Program-made: the position numbers and the translations under genes
Shown: piece by piece, positions 56,387 through 63,872 of the stretch
How the letters are laid out: each line of letters opens with the position of its first letter
How positions within the stretch are numbered: position 1 is the first letter of the stretch
Notes under the pieces: generated by a model
Told to the model about the DNA's origin: nothing
Seen by the model: only the letters and a program-made list of their open reading frames with translations
The model's database searches: none
Source of the DNA: Chlorokybus atmophyticus
Taxonomy: Eukaryota > Plantae > Mesostigma and Chlorokybus algae
Length of the DNA stretch: 63,872 nucleotides
Reading direction: 5' to 3'
Assembly: GCA_009103225.1 (NCBI GenBank)
Contig: RHPI01003488.1
Coordinates: forward strand, 559,931 to 623,802

Positions 56387-58513
56387 ATGATGGAGAACGG
56401 CGAGGTCGGCGACTGCATGAGCTTGCCGGGTAAGGGTGGAGGACAGGAGCGGCATGCCATGGCGCTGCCTATGCTGCCCTTCTGCCAAGCACTACATAAG
56501 GTGCGCGCATGCTTTCATTCCTTCACCACAATGCTCAGGCGTGTGCGTGTGCGTGTGTATGTGCATGTACATCTGCATGCGTGCATGTATGCTTGTATGT
56601 GTGCATGCGCGCAAAAGTGTGTATGTGTGCGTTGCTGCCACCGGCTCTAAGCTTTTGCACCACAGCTTCACTTCGCTTGCGCTCGAGTTACACTATCTGA
56701 CTCGTCATCACCACAGCATTCCAAATCAATTGTGCCTGCACGTGCCTTTCTACACAACACTGTATTCCAGCAAAACTAATACCATCTGTAACACTTTGAT
56801 GCAACATAGCCACTGATCACCAGCTATCCCCCCCCCCCCCNNNNNNNNNNNNNNNNNNNNNNNNNNNNNNNNNNNNNNNNNNNNNNNNNNNNNNNNNNNN
56901 NNNNNNNNNNNNNNNNNNNNNNNNNNNNNNNNNNNNNNNNNNNNNNNNNNNNNNNNNNNNNNNNNNNNNNNNNNNNNNNNNNNNNNNNNNNNNNNNNNNN
57001 NNNNNNNNNNNNNNNNNNNNNNNNNNNNNNNNNNNNNNNNNNNNNNNNNNNNNNNNNNNNNNNNNNNNNNNNNNNNNNNNNNNNNNNNNNNNNNNNNNNN
57101 NNNNNNNNNNCCCCCCCCCCCCCCCCCCGTGCAACTCACCCCACCACAGCAACAGCATTTTCCCATGCTGTTGAAACATGTGTTAAACGATAGGTGGAGC
57201 TGCACGCACATCTGAACGGCTCTGTGCGCATGGCCACCCTGCGCGAGATCGCGCAAGCCAAGGGCCTTCTCAACACCCACCCCCAACTCATGCAGGTGTG
57301 TGTATGGTTCAACTATTGACTTCATCTACCTCTTCTCCCCTCTCCTACACGCTCGCACAGCTTCTGGCGCTGCGGGGGGAGCGCACGCTGGAGGAGTGTT
57401 TCCAGCTGTTTGGCGAGATTCACCGCGTGACCACTGACCACGCCTCCGTCGCCCGCATCACCAAAGAGGCCCTCACCGATTTTGAGCGCGACAACGTGTG
57501 CTACGTCGAGCTGCGCACCACTCCTAAAGAGGTGTGTCCGCGAGCCACACTGCGTATGGTTGTCGTCACATTGCAGGACAACACACTGTAGCACAGGTGG
57601 CTGCTGAAGACATGACCAAGAGGTCGTACACGGAAGCTGTCTTGGACGCCATCGACGAGTACCGTGCTGCCGGCGGGGCCACACAGGTTCGGTTGCTGCT
57701 GTCCATCGACAGGAGAGAGACGGCTGCGGCCGCAGCGGACACCGTGCGATTGGCGCATGACCTCAAATCAAGAGGTGTGGTGGGAATCGACCTGTCTGGC
57801 AATCCCCGCATCGGCGACTGGTATGTTGTTTGCAAAGGTATGTTGTTTGCAAACATCCTGTAACCTGTCATAAAGCATCTGGAGTTGTACAGGGCCACCT
57901 TTGAGCCGGCGCTGAGATGGGCGCAAGACCACCGCCTTGCCATCACTCTGCACTGCGCCGAGGTACGGCTACACGTCGGTCAGGCACGCATTTCCTTCTG
58001 TGAAATTTTCAGAAGCGTTCCACACAGCAACTTCCCCAAACCCTGTGTCTGTGCCTGAGCAGCACGCGCGCAACACTTGTGTGGTATGATCACATGACTG
58101 AGCAGGTGTACAACCCTGAGGAGACGCGCGCGATGCTTGCATTGAGACCAGACCGCGTGGGGCACGTGTGCGCGCTGGACGACACCCTCACGGCGCAGCT
58201 GCTGGCCAGCGGCATCCCCGCCGAGCTGTGCCTGACCAGCAACGTGCGCACGGAGAGCGTGCCGTCCTATCACGAGCACCACTTTAACGCGCTCCGCCGC
58301 GCTGGCCACCCCATCTGCCTCTGCACCGACGACGCGGGCGTGTTCGACACCACTCTCAGCAGGGAGTATGCGCTCACCGCCGCCGCCTTCAACCTTACAC
58401 CAGAGCACCTCCGCAGCATCGCAGCCAAGAGCATAGACTACGCATTCCTAGACGAGGCCAGTAAGCAGCTGCTACGAACCAAAATTGAAGCGCATCACAC
58501 TTATTGTAAGTGA
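56387..58513 (+). CDS. ADAL: Adenosine deaminase-like protein / N6-methyl-AMP deaminase (ADAL/MAPDA), multi-exon, gap in intron 1
   Basis: FCQALHK|VELHAHLNGS; TLEECFQLF...IHRVT; VCYVELRTTPK; VRLLLSIDRRE; VVGIDLSGNP; ITLHCAE|V; PDRVGH; ELCLTSN; LCTDDAGVFDTTLSREY. Confidence 0.92.
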
Positions 58514-59103
58514 CATGTTGTAGCGGTGCATCAACAGGCAGAGCCAAGCATCATTGCTTTGGGATGGATACAGGCATACAAGTCATTCTGTTATCAGCGG
58601 ACGTTAGTCTCAGGCTTCTTACAGCATAGGCTGCATTGTACACCCGACTCATTCTGCAAGCATGCAATGCAAACTTCATTGCCAGCATGTGTAGGATGCA
58701 TGAGGGTGTACGTCTTGCATATACAGCTGCATTATGCGTATAATGCAACACAACTGACTGTATGCAATGCAGCTTCATGGGCAATCTGCACATGCCGCTG
58801 CCGCGGTGGCCGCAAGCCACGACAGCTCTGCAACTCAACACAAACCCAACTCGTTTGCTTGCGTCACAAGCACACCCCATTATATACCGGTCGGGCAAAC
58901 AGTGTAGCTACCAGACCTAGCCACGCACACGCAGCACATCTAGAACTGTAACACTCCCTTGCTGTACAATAACCGACATTGCTATACACCATCAAACAAC
59001 ATCGCGTGCTGGTACTGTGGGCCCCAAGTCTGGGTTGTTGACTCCGCGGACATGGTGGCAGCTTCAAAAAGTGCACAGCGCTGTCTCAGCTCCAGTTGGC
59101 TGA

Positions 59104-61445
59104 TCATACTGCGCGGAGGCTGACACTGCCAGCTGTCTCTGCTGCGGCAGTGATGTTGCGGACGGTGGTGCCGCTACCGACCACGAACACGAAGGGCCAG
59201 AAGGCTACCAGCGCTAATTTCAGGTTGTCAGACAGCGCAGCCGACTGCAGCAGGCGATACTTGGTGATGATGTCACTGCCGTGTGCATGGGTCTCTGAAA
59301 CAAGCAATGCAAAGTGAGTGATGGGGATTACACATGCAGATGACATGTGAGCTGTTGATACTGACCTGTCAAAGGAAGATCGAGCTGTGGCACGACAGCG
59401 CACACGTCTACGCTCGTTTTCTTTTGGGAGGACGGCCCTGCTCTCCGCGCACCAGAGTTGATGCCCACAAACACAACTCCCTTGTGCAGTACCAGATGAG
59501 ATACCCTGTACACATCAATGCCACACGTTACGCCTAAGCCCGAGGGAGTACCACACGCACACTATATACGCATGCTGCTCGCCACGCACTTGAAGCCAAA
59601 GAGGTAGTTGCGGGCAACGGGTGTGGGTGCAGGTGGCAAGCGGATGGTGCGCACGCGCCACTGAGACGCTCTGTCCCACACATGCAGGAGCGTCTCATCA
59701 TCACCACACCCGCAGAGCGCGTGGCCATCCATGGCCATGAATGAACTCGTAGCCTTGCTCAATGTCGGCGTGGAACACTTGCTTGCCTGCTATTACGTCC
59801 CAGACTTCGAGGGTGGCCTCTGCAGGGCGTTCATCGCTCCATTCAGGCTCGCCAGGTGACAAGGGTTCTGCATCACCCTTGCTGACCGCAAACTCCAGCA
59901 GTGCGGTTATAAAACCCAAAGCAGAATGTGGATGAGACCTCGCCCTCTGGTTTCACCCGCTTGCTTGTCACCAGTCCACGCAGCTGCGCGTCCCATACTC
60001 GCGCCCAGAACAGGCAAAAGTACACATATGCATGGGGGCTGCGTGTGCATGGGGGACACAGAATCTGCACCATGTCCGAACCGTTGTTGCGCTGTGGCTT
60101 TCAGGTTAGGTCATGATGTAGGTGTCATTCATGGCCACTCGAGTGATCTCAAGATGCCTTCTGTTCGGCTGGGTGCGGGCCAGAAGCTGACCAGACGGTA
60201 TGTGCCAGAGGTACATCGCACCGGTGCTGTCCCCGGCCACCAGACGGTCTTTATGCCCGCTCATGAGCACGTTGCTGTAGCCGCCTCCTCCTCCCGACAA
60301 CCCTTGCAGCTCGTGCAACCGCGCACCGCTCTCTGCGTCCCACACGGTGAGGCTCACGTCAACTTGAAGAGCGCTGCTTACAGGATGCTCCTGTAGCAGC
60401 ACCAGTTGCCCTTCGTGCAGATGCACCTCTATTACCCGTTGGCTCTCCATGTCTGAAGCATGGATGACAATGTCGCAAGCCAACCGTTTTGTACTAAGCA
60501 CACAAGCAGGATGCATGGACGCAGTGCAGGGCACCTGTCTTGTGAGTCGACCATTGTGCAGTGCTGAAGCGGCCTGGCCACCAGCTGCTACGCGCACGAG
60601 CCGTCCTGGCGTACGCATGCGCCCACGTCTCGCTGTCGCCGCTGCTGTCCTTCTGCTTTCTCGGCACAATGCCCTCGCCCTCGCATAGTATACGCCACAG
60701 CACTTCCGAGCGTGCAGCATCCCGCCATGATCTGCACAAGCGAGCACATGCGTGAATGGCTTGTCACTCAATCCTATCCAAGCAAATGCAACTAGCGTGC
60801 AGTGCAATTGCACATGAACTCAGTCTCATGCTTAAACTGGAGGACATTGTCAAGCAATAGTGGAAGGAGCTCTAGAACACGCTCATGCAGGCGCACGCGT
60901 GTCATGTCACATGATGCACACCGCGCGCAAACATGGTGGACCCCAGGTAAGGGTGCCTTGCAACCGCAACTGCGAAGAAACGCATTCCCGAGTGCTATCA
61001 ACAGTTTGATTGCGAAAGAAGCGGCAGCAAGCAGCGTAGCCCATCCAGTTCCCAATCGAGGACGACTCAGCTGGGCAGGCATATAGCAACAAAGCAGCCG
61101 CACCTTGTGATGTGACCATGCAACAGTCAATCTGCCTCACCGGCACACGGTGGCGGCAACGCCAGCAGTCCTGGCCCCAGCTAAGGCGAATGCGTGCACC
61201 AGAGCACGCTTTGGCAGCGCCGCCCACCTTGTCGCCACTGCTGTCTGGCTGCGCTCTGAGGGTGCAAGCGGCTTCCCGTTGCTGAAGTAGTACTCTATAC
61301 TGCTTTGCCTACCAGTGACGCTGGCATCCTCACCCTGCGTGCGCAGAGTTGTTGGAAGACTGCTCGGTCCCGGCCTATCCACCGCTGCTGCTTTCTGTTT
61401 TGCGGCCTTCTGCTTGCTCCCCTTCCTAGGCCTAAGCCGCTCCAT
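59104..61445 (-). CDS. F-box/WD40-repeat protein, multi-exon
   Basis: F-box-like WAALPKRALVHAFALAG...ATVCR|SWRDAARSEVLWRILC, followed by beta-propeller-type segments LTVWDAESGARLHEL, LVAGDSTGAMYLWHIPSGQLL and LEVWDVIAGKQV. The 3' end is uncertain. Confidence 0.7.
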
Positions 61446-61851
61446 TGCTTCGTTTTCAGCAGGCTCGCAAGCTGCTTGTCAGGTCCTTGCTACGCATGCA
61501 ACGTTCGCCAAGCAGCCAAGCCACATGCATGCTCTGCAGAAGGATATACTGGGCGGCGAGAATGCTCAAAGTGCCAAGTTGCCACTGCAGCAGCGACAGC
61601 GGAGATCCCAAGACGGTAGCGAAGACGACAGCTGGCGGCAGCACGACCAGCAATGAAGGCCGTGCAAATCACGCCTCAAGAGGCATCCAAACGCTCGGGC
61701 TGCTTGTCCTTTGGGCGAGTGCACGTGTGTCTGCGTCTGCCTTGTGCTAAGAGCAGAGCACCTGTTGTGTCAAGTCGGCTGAAAACTAGCCGCGCACTGC
61801 TGAGCAAAAGCAAGCGGAGGACCACTGCTGTAGCGGAGATACAGACCACGG

Positions 61852-61852
<1 letters not shown>

Positions 61853-61910
<58 letters not shown>
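61853..61910. repeat. (CT)n microsatellite
   Basis: Direct reading. Confidence 0.95.
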
Positions 61911-61914
<4 letters not shown>

Positions 61915-62720
61915 CTCAAGGTCATTTCAATGGGCTAATCATGACACATTGCAATGATGTAGTCGCTTTACGCATTGTGTCCAATTCAATATCGGCATTC
62001 AATGAGCCAGGCTGACGGCAATCCCTTTGAGGACAATGTGATTGATTGCAGTATAATGCTAATTTGACGTAAACACAAGTGCCGTCATTTCATGAAAATG
62101 AGAGGTACAATAAGTAGAAGGTAGACGTGTCGCGCATGTATCTATACGCGAGTCACACATAATAAGCATTATGAGCAGCGCGTCACAACACATCACGCTG
62201 CAATAAAAATTTGGATTGTTTGACAATTTGCGCGTAGCATCTACTTAAAGCATGCAAAACATGTAGCAATGACTCATCGTCAAACGACGCATGCATGATA
62301 TGATAGTTGGATAGTTGATAGTTTTCGCATCTGCACAATTATGGTGAGATTTTGCAATGTTATTCATTGCAAACGAATTGTCACGCAAATACAATTTGGA
62401 CATAAAAGGGCGAAAATTTTGTTGCACCTTCAATAACAGTACGGGCCATTGAATCACAATAGTATAAGCAACAATTGTTATGAATCACATACATGAGTAC
62501 CAAATGAATGTGTATGCTGCATGTAACTAGGGTTTGTGAACTTGATCATTAATATGTGAATAATTTCCAAGTTTGAGTCCTTAAAGATGTAGCATATCTA
62601 CATCGCTGTTCACACAACATCGGCTCATCGTAATTCAGGTGTTCAAACCCTATTGTACATTGTCATAATATAAGCCCGTACATTGTGTACTTATCTACGA
62701 TCACTTGCAACCGTTTAAAA

Positions 62721-63150
62721 CATACATATACAACACGTTGCTTGATGCATGTGCGCGTTGTAATATTAAAAAGATGCCTTAACATGTTAATAATTAATAT
62801 GTATACAAGAATCTAGCAAATCCACGCGCTCGTGCGTAGGTTGTGCACGTGTGTGCTTGTTGACGCGCCGGACAAAATAATGTGTACTCGTGCTCGTGGA
62901 TATACTTGCATTCACATCTACATTAAGGTATTTCGTTTAAATCGTGTAGGTAGTAATACTTTTTGTTGAATGTTATGAGAAACGATTTCTCTACTTTAAC
63001 ATGTTAATGTCATGTGTGTGTACATGAAAATATGCATTGCTTGATAAGACACATGACACATTGAACAGTGGAAGCACATGCCGCAATGTTGTATGTGCGT
63101 ACAATACAAACTGTGCAGATTTTATAAATGAGGTTATAGTGAGTAACATA
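62721..63150 (+). repeat. Diverged AT-rich dispersed repeat, copy 2 (homologous to about 42781-43370, with an internal deletion)
   Basis: See copy 1; also atccacgcgctcgtgcgtagg...gcgcc versus atccatgcgatcgtgcttaag...gcgcc. Confidence 0.6.
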
Positions 63151-63155
63151 CTTGA

Positions 63156-63158
<3 letters not shown>

Positions 63159-63229
<71 letters not shown>
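63159..63229. repeat. (CA)n microsatellite
   Basis: Direct reading. Confidence 0.95.
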
Positions 63230-63233
<4 letters not shown>

Positions 63234-63872
63234 AGGCGATAGCCATGCATGTGTTTAAGTTGATGCCCGGTGTTAAGGTGGAATGGTGGAATGGTGGAAT
63301 GCTATACAACGCCACATGGTGGGCCCTGCTATATTGCAAGCACAAAGAGACTTGGTGACAGCTATAGCACCAACTAGCGGAACGCACTCACCAGATACAG
63401 CGAAGGCGTCTACCCCTGCCCCCTCAGCCTGTGTATAAAGTTGCACGCCCTGTCGCTGCGCAAGTTGTCACCAAACCCTCAGCTGCCAGTCCACAGCGTC
63501 CTCGCCATCGCCTGCCTCCCAGATGAGAACGACAAGCCCATGTGCTACCCTCAACTGCCAGACATACGGGCACATCAGCAAGTGTTGCAATCAACTTGAA
63601 AGGACAAGACTTCAGCCCCAGCAAGCATCAGCTTTACGCCCAGCATTGCACAATGCTTGTGCAAATGCAAGTGACATCAGAGCAAGCGACAGCACTAGCA
63701 AAAGATTGGTACGCGGAAGACTCACCTCCACTATTGGCTTGAGAAGATTTAAATACGGACGCGTAAAGAAGCAAGAGCTCGTTGCGCGGAGGAGACCATA
63801 AGCACCTAAAAGACAACTAGTATATGCAGTGTTTATGCAAGTTGGTTACGGCAAGCGTGATGCATTCGCTTT

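Larger units (their letters stand above)
13239..57110. other. Six assembly gaps: 13239-13453, 15845-16165, 23543-23774, 26888-26998, 44321-44538, 56841-57110
   Basis: N runs, each flanked on at least one side by a G- or C-rich run. Confidence 0.98.

Noticed and set aside
13056-57325. Long ORFs containing X runs
   Set aside because: They are artefacts of translating through N gaps.
60792-61130. 112-aa ORF as a separate gene or exon
   Set aside because: It lies inside the intron joining ATVCR to SWRDAARS of the F-box gene, and that splice restores the F-box motif without it.
63400-63872. Coding exon at the window end
   Set aside because: Stops occur in all plus frames with no recognisable domain; it is cut by the window edge and cannot be supported.

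Overview
Eukaryotic, intron-rich draft-genome window with six N gaps. Short GT-AG introns rich in CA/TG and a plant/algal-type UreG point to a green alga (inference). Host genes: LARP1 (+), an HpnA/DFR-like NAD-dependent epimerase (-), a poorly resolved membrane-protein gene (-), UreG (+), an ASHR3/NSD-like PHD-AWS-SET-postSET methyltransferase with a C-terminal Tudor domain (+), a PHRF1-like RING-PHD gene (+), DNA polymerase eta (-; one intact copy plus one truncated pseudogene from a local tandem duplication), ADAL/MAPDA (+) and an F-box/WD40 gene (-). The centre (28243-42269) holds two nested Ty3/gypsy chromoviruses, each with both LTRs, a PBS position, a PPT and a 5-bp TSD. The inner, younger element is the most unusual object. 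Its gag is intact and ends in a single in-frame UGA-CGG stop, a readthrough-type context. The stop is followed by a ~110-aa domain resembling a catalytically degenerate Dam-type N6-adenine DNA methyltransferase, fused to the protease. Its LTRs carry an array of palindromic 19-bp repeats separated by two recurrent, mutually complementary spacers. A decayed CRE-like non-LTR retrotransposon and a pair of diverged AT-rich repeats are also present. All protein assignments come from motif recognition by eye; no database search was run.
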